DNA of 64,000 nt, taken from NCBI GenBank assembly GCA_964036045.1, contig OZ038379.1:57908001-57972000 (forward strand), in the 5' to 3' direction. A program made the translations under genes and the position numbers. Source of the DNA: Eutreptiella sp. 'Long Island Sound 2002'. Its lineage: Eukaryota; Protista; Euglenida. Positions 38,473-51,410 of the stretch are shown one piece after another (the stretch's first letter is position 1; the number at the start of each line of letters is the position of its first letter). The notes under the pieces were generated by a model. That model saw only the letters and a program-made list of their open reading frames with translations, did not search any database and was not told the DNA's origin.

Positions 38473-41400
38473 TCTAGTATTGGGGCTGACCTAGCGGTGG
38501 GCCTCTCCTCATCACTGGAGGTTCGTCATGTGGTCATGGTAGCCACGACGTGTGACCAACTACGGGACTCCCTCGTGGTCGCGGTAGCCATGGCCCCCAA
38601 CGACAAGCTTGGGTGAGCAGGGCCACATCCTGGGAGTTCCGCGCAAGGCGGCTAGCTCAGCCTCGCGGGTGCCTTTACCGGTGTGTGTGTGGGGGGGGGG
38701 GGGGGGGCGTCCTCAGAAAAACCGGCACCCGGGTGGGGGACAGGAGTGACGGCTAGGGGGTCACCACGGTCTCGGGGGTGGAGGGGCTCACTACAAGGGG
38801 CTGATGGGTTGCTAAGGACGTCTCAGGGGATTGCGGGGTCGCGGAGGTTGTCTTCGGAGGGGTAGAGTGGAGTGCCGTTCACAGGCCTTTCTGATACTCC
38901 ACAATGAACCCAAAATGCACCACAGCAAAGGATTGCATGACTAGTTGGATGCCCCAAAAAAATTTGGCAAATAGCGTTCGAAATTCAAAAAACCAATTTT
39001 TCTCTGAAAGACACTATAATTTTGGTAGGTTTGCAGGGAGTTGTGAGGGGGATAGGAGGAAGGCAACTGCGAGGGTGTGGCGAATATATGATCCTTTCAG
39101 GAGACAAGGATCGACTCAAAAGAGGTCGCACAATACATGGGTGTGCTCAGAATGTGTGTTCTGTTGAAGTCACTGCAACTGTGGGCCAACAAGAAAGTGC
39201 CGTAGGAGCCAAGAGGAAGCAAACTTACGTGAGGGGTGTGTGTGCATCAGCCACGGTTGGTTGAGTGTCTGTGTTTCGCGGTTGTGCGCCATTGCCGGGT
39301 GGTGGTGCTTTGAGCCATCTGCCTGAGCCTATGGAGCTGTTGCGCTTCCCTTCAGGTTTTCTTTGATGTGTGGCAGAGGATGAGTGCCCTGGCTGTAGCA
39401 CCTGCAACCGCGTGCAGGAATACATAAAACCACTGAGTTGGACAATGGCATGAGGATTTCATTCACCAATGGTGGTGGCACCAACTTTGGTGTTGCTTTG
39501 TGAGGGAAACTGAAGTTTTTCAATAAAATTTGAAGGTTCCCCATGCATTACTATGTCTTGTTCTTGTGCAGTCTCTTTGTCTGTATAGACATGGCTGGAA
39601 ATGCCCAGCCCACCCTCCCACCCTAGTTGGGAGCTGCATAATGGGCCCATTTGCCCTTGTACTTACATGTACACCTCAACGACCCAACCCCACTCAGTTG
39701 GATAGCGGTATGAGGTTTTTTTTCCAGCCCACTCAGTTTGGATAGCAGCATGAGGATTTCATTCAGCAATGGTGATGGTAGCAGCTTTGGTGTTGCTTTG
39801 TGAGTCAATTTGCATGAACCATGTTTTCACCCCAGAGGATCATTGAGCCGCTGTTTGGGTCCGTAAGACACCTAACGGTGCCCCAAAATGTTGTTATGAA
39901 CATCTATGTTGTTTTAAATGCAAATCGCTTTTGATTGCATGTACTCTACCTACCATAAACTGCAAGCCCAAATGGCATTGGGCCATTTTTGACAGTTTCG
40001 GAAATCCACCACCTGCACTCGCACGCCCTTAGCCGGCTGCCACCGGTGAGTTTTTTGCTCAAACTTTGTGTGATTCAACTTCATACTTTGAGGATCAGTC
40101 ACTACAATTTAGGCAGAAACCAAACCCCAACAACAAAGTTCTGGTTTCTTAACATTGCACCCTGCTGCACCATGCACACTGCACACTACGCACTGTGTGC
40201 CCAGCATGCTATGCTATCCCACTCCTCGCAAAGTGCACACTCTTCGATTCCTACACATTACACATCGCACATGACACACTAAATGAGCTGCTCAACTCAA
40301 ATCAGCTGTCTCAACTAGCACACTGCAGCACTACCCGCCTGGAATAGTTGCGTATCCAGTTCACATACAGGGGTTGTGTAGCCAAGTTACTCTTCTTCGC
40401 TTTGGAGAATTGATTGACAATAGGCAAGTGCCTAGACCTATGTGTACACCAAGATGCCTCCACAGAGGTTAAAATTTGGTGCTGGTTGCCTGGATGGCAT
40501 CAATGCAATTCAACTCACTGTCAACCCAAGAAACTCAGTATCTTGAGGAAAAGGCCCCAGACTCGCGGAGGTGCAAAACATTGCACTGTATGGGCGGCAT
40601 TCCCTGTGCACACTGCAGCTAAGAGCAACTGTGACAGCTGCACTTGGCTGTCACACTTGCCATTCACTGTCACACATGCTCTTGGCTGGGTGCATTACCC
40701 CGCACGATCGCACTTGCATTTAGCTGTTGCAATCTCACTTGCCCTTGGCTGTCACGGTCCAGGTCGGGCACAACTACCTGATTGACGAGGAGTAAAGCTG
40801 AACGTCCTGAATGCCTGAAAGCTATCCACAGGTTGCGGGTTGGAATCCAAGGTTTGGCACCTATGGTTGTAAACATGCCTCTTCTTACACTAGTGTGTTG
40901 GCAAGTGGTCCTCAGAAATATGGTTCATGCTTTAAAACACCCTGAAACTGCCATTAGATACCTTATATAACCGCCATTAGCCTGGGCTTCAACCAAACCT
41001 GCCTATAACAATCTCTCTCAAGCCCCCACCCTCATCTCACTGCCTCGTTTTCCAACAACATGGGGTGTTGGACCTGCTGTGGCACATCTGCTTTCAGGAG
41101 GCACTGAATACGAAAGTGACCATTCTGATGAGACGGCATATAGAATCAGTACCCCCAGTATAATGGAATGTGGTGCAAACGATTTCGTGTACAGAACAGT
41201 GCACGATGACGAAAGTGAGGTAGCTACTCTCTGTTTTTCACTGGTTGTAATGGAGCTGAGGGCATTGAGGAGGGGATGCAGATGTTCAGGGTTAGGGTAT
41301 GGTGGTGCATGAATTCATGGATGGGGGACTGCAGGTGTGGGCATTGGATGGAGGGGCATGGGGTTGCAGGCACTGAGATGGGTGCAGTATGTGTGGGTTT

Positions 41401-41839
41401 GCTGACTAGGCGGAAGAAATGGGTTGTGGGTGCGCATGGGGTTGCGGTCATTTGAGGTGGGGCGCAATGGGGTGCAAATGCACACATGAGCCGATGGCTT
41501 GATCCGACCCCCCACCTTGCCACCTGCCTCACCAGGATCCTTCACTTCCATCTCCTTCGTAGTTGAATCTTGCGGCACAGCAGCCGTTCGCTTTTCAATG
41601 AATCTGGCGGCTGGTCCGTCCACTTTCTGACTTACACCAGGGAGTAAATCTGATGAAATGGATTCTACCACGTTGGGGACAGTAGCCACATCCTCCTTCA
41701 TGGAGGCGCTGCACCACATGACATGCTCCAAAAAGGTTGCAATAAATATGTAGTGTGCAGTCCACCCAAAAGGTTGTTTTAGCTCCTGATCCATACCATC
41801 CTCCTCCGAGCTCACCAACTGTCATTCATGATCTTTCCG

Positions 41840-42620
41840 CCATGAAGTACTCCAGAAAGATTGCAATGTGTGTAGCCTGCGGTCCAAAAGGTCGGGGCGC
41901 CCCTTGATCCATACAATGCCGCTCGCTCACCAATGGTCATTGATGATGTATCCCCAAGAACGACCGCAAAAAAAGTGCAATTTCTGTGTGGTGTGTAGTC
42001 TAGAAGCTTGCTGTAACACTTGATCCATAGAATCCCCCTCGCTCATCATTTGTAGTTAATGATTTAGCTCCCATAAGATGGTTGCAAGTTCTCTGTAGTT
42101 TGCGGTTGAAAAGGTTATGGTATTATGCATTGACTCATGCACCCCCAACCCTGGAACATCCATCCCTCATGATATCCCCCCCATGAAATGGCGCAGAAAA
42201 GTTTGTGTCATTTGCGATTGAAAAGGTCCTTGTACTCCTGGATCCATACTAGTTCTCAACCCTCACTTGAGACTTTTTGGAGCATTTTGTGGGGAGAAGT
42301 TCTGAATGGGGATGGTGAGCAAGGTGATTGCGTGCATCAAGAGGTAAAACCATTTTTTGGACTACAAACTCGACAGAAATTGCAACTGTTTGGTGCATTT
42401 CACGGGTGGCAATCATTAATGATGCTTGATGAGTGTGGTGGATCAACTTTTTGGGCAGTTAAAAACTTTTTTGGGGGCATTTCATCCGGGGGAAATCATT
42501 CAGGAAACCTGGTCAGCATGGGGGATTGTATGGATCAAGGGTACAACCACTTTGTTGCCCACAAACTACAGAAATTGCAACCTTTTTGGAACATTTTATG
42601 AGGGTAAAACCATTAATGAC
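41840..42620. repeat. Foldback: degenerate tandem units in inverted orientation around ~42270
   Basis: ttgcaatttctgtg...cttgatccata units on the left; atggatcaag...caaactacagaaattgcaa units on the right. Confidence 0.7.
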
Positions 42621-44099
42621 TGATGTTTGGGCACATCATCCTCCAGTCACCATCAACAAGTGACAGGAAGGTGTGAAAGTGGGTGAAATTCAGCTGAAAG
42701 GGGCAGAGCCGTGTTTGCAACAAAAGCTTGGCAAGCTGGACAAGTAAAGTTGGTTTGGTGATGGCCAGTGAATTGCCCATATTTTCCAAAGGGCTACCTT
42801 AGGAGTGTGTGTCCGCCCATGGATGTTAGGTATTATGCTGCGAAATTATGGAGAATTATAGGGGAAGTATGGGAAATTATGGGGGACCTCTGTAAGACAA
42901 TGGGGACTGATGGGGGAAGTATCGGAGATTATGGGGAATTATTGGAATTATGAGGAAATTATGGGGAGTGACAAGCAAAAATCCTTGAACAATGCCCATG
43001 ATTTAGGACGCTTAAGTTTTGTGATGAATGGGTTGTTTCGCCACTTGTGGCCCATGGACAAGGCCATGGATCTATCAATGTCATGCAATTTTGTGGTGCA
43101 CAAGCTTTAAAACCTCGAAGGGTCAAAAAGGGTGAAAAGTGTTTGCCACAGAACAGGTCTCATGCCTGATGACGCTCACACCCCTTGGGCAACACTTTCG
43201 TCGCAATGCACCCATCCATTTTCACATCCACACCCACACGCACGTTCGTGCGTGCACACACATAGCTATCGTGCTGAGAGGGAGGAAAGGCCGCCAGGAA
43301 TGGATCAACCAAATATTGTTGCAGTGTGGACAGAGCTGTAGAGTGGTGATGCATGTGAGCGAACGCTGGGATGCTTTTCTCAAAGATGTTGGGCGTCACA
43401 TTCGCACAATCACACACATCCACACACACCTACACACACCTGTGCACACAAGCACTCATCCCTACCCCCCTCTCCACACACCGCAACCCCCGCTCCACAC
43501 ATATTCTCACATACCTGTGTGCGCACACCTCTACCGACCCTTATACACACACAGTGTGGACGGTGCTTATGCGTACTGAGGGTGCATATGATTGTGGGAT
43601 TGTGGTCTCTTGTGCAGTGCTCTGTGGAGTATTATGGTTCGGACTGCTCATCTGATGAGGACAAACCCAAGCCGCACCCACTACCCCAGAAGGACCTGTC
43701 GGATGTGAAACCTTCCATGGCAGGTACGAGCTGCTTGCACCTTCCCACAGACCATGGTAGGGACCGCCCTTTCTCCTCCCTACTCCTGTAAGTGCAGCTG
43801 AGGGAGGTGGGCAATGTGGACGCAGGTGCTGCGAACATGAGTCGCGGTTACAACGAGTGCTTCCAGTACGCATCAAATACTTGGAGACAAACGAGTGACT
43901 GTTGAGGGCCCCTAAGATATGCATGTCATTTTGTCATGCAGGGCGGAAATGTTCAAGCGTGCAGCTATATGATGAACTCCAAACGTATATTGGTGATCAA
44001 GCAAACACCAAACATATTATGGACGCCATAGCACATGTTTACATTCTGGGATTCCCCTGTAACTGGAGCCTTGTTTTCCTTGTGCTTGCTGCTTCTGCA

Positions 44100-44720
44100 G
44101 ACCCTAGCCGGCAGCATTGAACACTTGCCGTGTGATGACGAACTGAAAGTAGTTTAGGTGTGGCGTGCATTGGGACACCCCTCTCGATGGTGTATGATGG
44201 CTGCGCTGCGCATGGGCACGGCAGTGCATGGTATCCAATGGGACAGTCTGTCCCATTGCCCAATAACTGCCGAATTGCTTCCTGCTGAATAGGGACCAGC
44301 TGCAATCCCCTTCGTGTGTAGCCAGCCAGATAAAAGTGACAATGGAGAAACAATACAAAGAGAAATACTAAAAGGAGAAAACATGAGAGCAGACAGAGGG
44401 ATGGTCTTTCTAACACACCCATGAGACCCCTCGACCCATGAGACCCCGTCATTTGCCTTTCTCCAATAGTTGCCACCATTCTACGAACCCCACGGAAGGT
44501 CATGCCTGTGAGGCACGCAATACAAGAACCTATCCCCATTGGTGTTTGTTTGGTGGCATTTCACATTTCGCTTGAACAAGCGCATTTGGACAAGGGGAAC
44601 GTCAAATTGATGATTCTTCTCATCGTGGTCATCATCTTGTGGCAGAAGCCAGGGCCACCAATGTAGCCGTTGTGTGAACGCTTGAGACAGACAATATAAG
44701 CAGTTGTTGTGCCCAAAGAC
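44100..44720 (-). pseudogene. DDE transposase-like remnant
   Basis: gcgtgcctcacaggc(at)gaccttccgtgg(g)gttcgtagaatggtg reads ACLTG-DLPW-VRRMV after two small indels; downstream TVPLDTMHC (DxxH). Confidence 0.55.
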
Positions 44721-46049
44721 ATATAGACACAATCATTCCAAGGAGAAAAACTTCACGGGACGCAGGTGTTTCCTTGTATTTTGTCTTCACTGAACTCTTT
44801 TTCTGCAAGTGGTATTGAACAGGGCGCATCATCAACCCCATGGTACAAGTTTTGCCATCCACAAAACATAAGGCAGATACACGGATTGATATTCTGTGAA
44901 GTAGGACCATGGTTCTGTTCTTTCGTGGCACATTGCATGCATCTTTGGTTTGTTGCGTTCTGCATCGGCAATTCTGCTAATGATGTCTTTTTTGACAAGC
45001 ACAAAACATTTTTAATGAGGACACTTTTGTTTATGCCACTTATGGCGTGTCGGATAATGTCTTTGCTTACGCAGCATGAAGCATCACCTTAGAAGTGTGT
45101 CCTCACACACTTCCATTATTAAGTGCAAAACATAGTGTGGATTGGCATCACAGTGCATTTTTTTTTGCAGTTCGTTGTGCATTTCCCACCACAACAACAT
45201 GGCATTACATACAAGTGCCCTCCTGCTGCAACACGCACTTAGTGCCGTCCCTTTGCAGCTAGGTTCATTACTGTGTGCCACTGAGCCACAGCAGTTGGTT
45301 CTGGTCCAAGCCCTTGCGCTCAGCGACCGAACCTGATCCCAACCACTATGTGCCCCTGAGCCGCAGCACTCTGTTTGTGGTTAGAGCCATAGCGCTACTG
45401 ACCCAAACTCTCCCACAACGGCATCATGTGGATCAGCTGGCGAGCATGAGGAGAAGCCGGCCTGGCACTTTGAGTATCAAGGGCCTGCGCTTGAAACTAG
45501 CACGGATCCTAGTTCCGGTTTTTGAGTTTTTTTTTGGTCATTCCACCCGAAATCCAAGCCTAAATGCTTTTGTTGCGGGTTTGTTCTAGTATTATTCTAG
45601 CGACGGCCGGCGGTGATGGCTAGAACAATACTAAGGCACTTCCCGACAGTGGCCAGAACAATACAAGAACAATACTGCGGAACTATGTAGAATGCTCCCA
45701 CCGCTCGTCAAAGAGAAGCTGATATGTCTACCATAAGCAACCGTGGCCAAGCACAGGTTCCCGATGCTCCCCGGGCTACAAGACGGGTGCCCTACGTCTC
45801 GCTATGGTGGGCTAACCGGGCTAATTGGGCTAACCCACGCCAAGGGACCGGTGCCGGCCTCGAAGTGACCCTCCAAGTGACCATCGCAATGGGGGGCTAA
45901 CCGGGCTAATGAGGCTAACCAGGAGTGGAGGGATGGGTTGGCGGAGGGGGGGGGGGGGGCTCTGGGAGATAGCCGCATGCACTAGTACTTTCATTTGGTA
46001 GGTGCTCCGTCTCCCTTGTCTCTCCCCTCCTCCTCTCAATTGTCCCCTG

Positions 46050-47600
46050 TGTCCTCTGCCACCGACCCATCTGTTGGGTGCTCAGGGGCGTCCTCCTTTG
46101 TCCTGGCTCCCCTTGGCTCCGGAATCCTGCAACACCACGTCCCATCCCCCTAGCACCAACTCCTCATCCTCATCCCCCGTCACGTTGCAGCTGCTCACCG
46201 TCCCCACACTTCCCCTTTGGCCCACGGCACATGCCGGACCTCCCTCGGGTCGGGCAACTCGCCATAGGGGCTACCCATACCTTTGCTCGAGTTGAGGGGG
46301 ATTGTTGGGGGGGGGGGAGTCCTCGGCCGATGGCTTGGCCCTCTTTTTCTCCTTCCCCCTTATCTTCTTCCCACTTGGCTCTCTTCCCCCATTCATGTCC
46401 CCTTTTTGCGCTTCTCCCTCTCCTCATTTTTCTTCTTTTGCTTTTGCTTCTGCTTCTCCTCTTGCGGCTTGGCCTTGGTGTTGGCCTTAGCTTTGGGGCC
46501 TTCTTGGGGGGCACCCAAGGGGACCTTTGGTTGGGCAGGCACAATGGTGGGTCCTCCGTTGCTACTGCTTTTGCGAATGTGTCTGCTGTTGCTACTACAA
46601 ATTCTATCGGTGGTGCTCGCCCCCTCCAAGTTGGACCACCTTGTCCGCCGGGTGTCCAACCCGGAGTTCCGCCACCCTGCCTCCCACCATGTCAAATTAA
46701 CCCCCCATTGACAAGAGCGCCAAGCTGTGGTCCGTTGCCAGCATGGAGTAGAGCTCGGAGAGCCGTACCAGGTGGTGTACCCCCGTGCCCCAGCCCCCCA
46801 TCCGTCTAGACCACCCGCATGACCCACATAAGCATTCCCGAAGCAACCCCGCATGTCCCTCGAGGTAGGACGGGGGCTGACACGGGGGTGCACGTGGCAC
46901 GGAAGGGACCGATCACGGGAATGGTGCCTTCATACCCCCTAGATTGCTAGCATCGCGGCGAATTTGCCCCTCTGCCACAATCACCCCCCATGTGGAGGTC
47001 CGCCCCACCACGTTCATCCCCATGATTTCGAACCACCACCAACACACGCAGAGGAAAAAGAAATCCCCCTCCTTCTCCCGCGTTCATGGACTCCCGGTTG
47101 AAGACATTGAGTTTGGCCAAGTCAAAGATTTTCACGCCCTCCTCCATAACCCCCCGGGGGGCCCTACCTCAACCTCCCCCTCTTTCATCCACCCGCACTC
47201 CCCTTGCACAATTCTTACCCCCCAAGGACCACCTTGGCATCCTCCTTGCTGGCCCCTCACCCGTCAAGTGTCTACAATTTCGGGAATTCCATACGGAAGG
47301 ATTGACACATTCTCGTTTGGTTCTAGACTAGATGTCCTAGTCTGGTCTAGTATGCATCTACGGAATGGTGGCTTGCGGTAACTAGAAGAAACCTAAAATG
47401 GAACCCTCGGAGTACGCGGACAATATGTGGAGACAACACCTTACAAATGTCCTTTCATGGTGTCCCAAGTGTACCCAAGAACTTGTCACAATTGGCCATG
47501 CTGAACACCCACTGACCTGCTAGGGAGCGGGCCATGCGGCCAAAGTTGGCTAGTAACGGCCAAAGTTGGCCAATAAAATGCCCAGCTGGGCCACATTGTG
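46050..47600 (-). pseudogene. DDE transposase-like pseudogene with Pro/Lys-rich C-terminal replacement (sister of 49263-51410)
   Basis: FLFPLRVLVVVR, GNGPQLGALVNGG (cf. TPAPQVGSLYNEG), LDTRRTRWSN (cf. LATRIEGWGS), then PKAKANTKAKPQEEKQKQKQK; many frameshifts. Confidence 0.55.
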
Positions 47601-48590
47601 GCAGAGCATTTCATGAGAACAACACAATAGAAAATTTGAATTCCCATGGAGTACACATGTAACAATGTAGCAGGGGCACCAACAACAAGCATGCACGACA
47701 TTGCCATTTGGTTTCTCGTCCTAGTAGTGTTCTCATCTTAGCCAGAACATTCTCGGCTGGAAGTTCTAGCCTAGAACCAATTTGGGTGTTGTAGCGTGTA
47801 CCAATGGTGTCCGACAAAGTTTTCTTTGGCATATGGTGGTGTCCAATAGGGGGTGGGGTTTTTGTGTGGTGGCGTCTGACAACAGAGGGGCGGCGGGGGT
47901 GGGGTGCTGCGGGGCTAGCATCCGGTGTCATCCGGCAAACGAACATTGCCATGTAAGTGTGGCAAACATAATGCTTCCCTTGGTGAACGCTACACCTCAC
48001 CAAGCCAGCCGGCATGACAGAGCCCACCTGGCCAGGCCGTGGCCTACCCGATCATATTTGAGGATGTTGGGACCACGCAATTTCCAAAGTGCCTTGAGCA
48101 ATAGGGAGCGACCCTCCTCATTTTAGGATTGTGTAGGGGGCTGGTGGTAGAGCGTTTCATGAGACCCACACAATAGAAAATTGAATTATCATGGAGTACA
48201 CGTGCAACATTGTAGCACAGGCACCAACAACACACACAACAGGCATGCACGATAGTGCAAATGAAATGACAAGTTGACAATTTGGTTTCTTGTTCTAGTA
48301 CTATTCTAATCTTAGCCAGAACATTCTCAGCGGGAAATTCTAGCCTAGAACGAAATTGGGTGTTGTAGCGTGTACGAATGGTGTCCGGCAGGTGTTCTTT
48401 GGCATATGGCGGTGTCCAATAGGGGGTGGGGTTTGTGTCTTGTGGTGTCTGGCAAGAGAGGGGCTCCGGGGAGGGGAGAGGGGGGGGGGGGGGGGCTAGC
48501 ATCCGGCGGCATCCGGCAAACGAACATGGACAAGTTACTGCGGCGAACGTAATGCTTTCCTTCCTGGCTGTTTTTGCACCTCACCACCAT
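47600..48590. repeat. Tandem duplication (about 550 bp period), each copy containing a TIR-like end of the DDE family
   Basis: 47600-48010 aligns with 48147-48590; gaaccaatttgggtgttgtagcgtgtaccaatgg (47774-47807) resembles the right TIR at 51885-51918. Confidence 0.85.
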
Positions 48591-49262
48591 CCCCGAATGT
48601 GTTTAGCCCGCGTGGAGTGGGGCACCAAGCAAGGTTGTGATGGCTGTTGCGAGGGCGGACAATTGCCACGGGCAAGGGTGAATTAAGTACTGGCCAAGCC
48701 ACTGGCCAAATGGCAAATAAACACGTTTATGTGTTTTTTTTTCGAAAAACGCCCTTTTTGGGGGGATAACCGTTGTTTATCGGCGTTTATTGATGTTTAT
48801 TGACATTCCCGCATATATTGCTGATGGTTTCTGTACCTTGTGTGATGTAATTTTAGAGCATTTGTGCATTCCCTTGGTGCGCGTTTAAAACCCAATGTTG
48901 TTCCGGCCAAATTGTTCCAATGTTCTAGGCTATCTGGCCGGAGCAAAAAAAGTTCAAAATTTATTTACCCCCCAACCAAGCCTACCCGTACATGGTGGCA
49001 AAATATGTTGTTTTGCTAGCCTTGGGGGTCCCCGCTGGTATGCTCATATTTGTTGCCCGGCGCGTTGCCACGTGAAAAAAACTTGTTTTCAAAAACAGTT
49101 TTTGTTAGAACACCATTGGAACACCGCTGGAACAAGTTATTGGAACGTCGCCGGAACAAGCACTCTATAACAAGAGCAAAGCACAAGGAAGGGTAAAATG
49201 GTAACATACATTGTTGTGTAGGGTGCCCCCGGGGGCCCATCGGGTTAGTCTCTTGTTCTCAC

Positions 49263-51410
49263 CTAAAAGTCCTGCGTGGTCGGGGGCCCGGCGGGCGCCC
49301 CCGAACTCTTGTCACCCGCCCCACTATCCCCCCCATCTCCCTCACCGACCACCACCCCTTCACCCACCACCCCTTCACCCTCCACCCCTTCACCCACCAC
49401 CCCTTCACCCTCCACCCCTTCACCCTCCACCCCTTCTCCCACCACCCCTTCACCCGCCACCCCTTCGACCTCCATCCTTTCCCCCTCCACCCCTTCGACC
49501 TCTTCCCCGACGCCCCCATCCCGGTTAGCCCCGGTAGCACCCAAACCTGCCCCTGGTCCATCCCCTTTGTCTCCCCCGTCCCCGTCCCCGTCGTTGCTCT
49601 CGTCCCCCTCCTCGTCCGCGTCCGCGTCGTCCCCTTGTCCTCCTCCTCGGCCGCCATCATCTTGGCGAGAAACTTCTTCGCCTGCGTCTTGGTTTTCCAA
49701 ACCGACGCTCTCGGGATGGCGAAGAGTTCGGGGTCTTTGGGGAAGGCGATCCACGTCTCCCCAACCCCGGGGGGGCCACCCGCGGCAAGGGCCTCTTTGC
49801 CCTGCTCGATCCCCCACTGCCCATTGTCCCGAAAAACTACATACACTTGCTCCCCCGCTTTGTATTTGCACCCCCCCCCCCCCTCTTGCCTTTGGCTTGG
49901 CCTTGGGTTGGGGTTGGGGGGGCTGGGCCTTGGGTTGGGGGGGCGCGGCTCTCTTGGGAGCCTTGCGAGGGGGTTTGGTGGGCTCCTTGGCCGGGGGGCG
50001 GGGCTGGGGCTCCTCGAACGCCGAGGAGTCGGTGGTGGACCCCGAGGAGGAGTCCGTTGAGGAGTCGCTGGGCGACTCCTCGCTGGAGGACTCCCCCGGG
50101 AGCCTCTTCCTTTTTTGGGGGGCTGGTTTGGGGGCGCTCTTGGGTTCCCGCTTGGGGGGGCGTTGGGGTTTGGGTTTGGGTTTGGGTGCTGTTTGGGGGG
50201 CTGGGTGGGGGTTCGGGGGTTGGGGTTGCACGGGCGGTGCACACGCGGGCGGGGGGGGGGGGGGCTCTGCGGCCACTTGTTGGCAGTGCGGCGGCGCTGG
50301 GGACATGTCGCCAATGCTGCCCCACCCCTCGATGCGCGTCGCGAGAACGCTGCCGCGGGCTTTGCCCCGCCACACAGCGGCGTCGGAGTCCCAAATCCCC
50401 TCGTTGTACAGTGACCCCACTTGTGGGGCCGGTGTGATCCCGACAATGCGGCGCACCCACGGGGAATCACCACCGAGCCAGGCATCGGCCGCTTCCTCAT
50501 GGGAATTGAAGACCACCCGGTGGGTGTCCACGACCTCCTGGATGGCCTAAGAAAAAAACATCAATTTTGTTGGAACCAAATTGTTCCGGTGGCGGTTCCA
50601 ACGAAACACTTGAACGTCGCCGGAACGTCGCCGGAACAAGTTATCGGAACGTCGCCGGAACAACACGGTGTGTGCGCGGCACACCTTAATATTGTCTTCC
50701 CAAAGGGTTGCTAGGGTCGCCATCGCTTTGTCCCCGCAGATTGCGAGGCCGATGACCCACACGCAGGCGGGAATTCGTCCCCAAAGGCCCATGTTGGCGA
50801 TGGACACAGACAATTGGGACCACTCCCCGCTTGCGCAGGGGTAGCCATCCCCCCTGACAATGAAAGTCAGGGGGAACGACCAATTGATCATGCGGCACAA
50901 CGGGGGTTGGCTAGCAATGTAGCGCAGCCATGATGCCCACGGCCAACTGATGCCCGTGGCCTTGGGATCCGAAGTGCTCACCGCGGGGGCCAGCTCCAAG
51001 GGGGCCAGTAGAACTTGCCAGCGCTGCTGGAAAGCCCTCTCAAAGCAAATCGGACGGGCGAATGGAAGGCCCGTGGTCGCGGTGTACTTCAGCCCCCGGA
51101 GAGTGTACACTTCCGAGAGCGTGCGCCAAGCGGATTCGGGCGCACGCAGGTTGAGGATGAGCTCGCAACACTCATCCGGGGGGAGCACCTCGGAGGCGTA
51201 CTTGGCGATTGCCCCCTGCTGTATCTCTCGTACACAGCTTGGTTGGGCCAAGCGCACGGCCACCGCAAATTGGCGGCGGGCGTGTGGAGAGGAGATGGCC
51301 CATTCCGCTATGAGCTCCCCAACAAGATCCCCGTCCCGGAGGCCAACAGCACTAGCCAAATGGACGAGGTGGGTGGTTAGTGGCGCAACGCGGGTTTGCG
51401 ATCTAGCCAT
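49263..51410 (-). CDS. Two-exon DDE-like protein: N-terminal half with D1 (LTFIVRGDGYP) and D2 (WLGGDSPW), Pro/Lys/Ser-rich linker, Tudor-like domain, acidic EGEG tail
   Basis: ATG at 51410; exon 1 is 242 codons; GT-AG intron 50684-50547; exon 2 is in frame with ORF 49263..50531; the Tudor-like segment KYKAGEQVYVVFRDNGQW...WIAFPKDPELFAIPRASV is in the adjacent frame after a poly-G run at ~49870. Confidence 0.75.
50547..50684 (-). other. 138 bp phase-0 GT-AG intron
   Basis: attaag|GTGTGC...ttttttttcttAG|gccatc; splicing removes the in-frame TAG and restores alignment with the 28 kb paralog (AIQEV). Confidence 0.88.

Noticed and set aside
39437-39810. 75 bp direct repeats about 300 bp apart as mini-LTRs
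   Set aside because: No TG-CA ends, PBS, PPT or TSD; more likely a local duplication.
45805-45920. gggctaa repeats as telomeric sequence
   Set aside because: Only two short clusters, and the unit (TTAGCCC) is not a TTAGGG-type tract.
49276-50550. 424 aa plus-strand ORF and other long overlapping ORFs
   Set aside because: Antisense shadows of low-complexity Pro/Gly/Glu-rich coding sequence on the minus strand.
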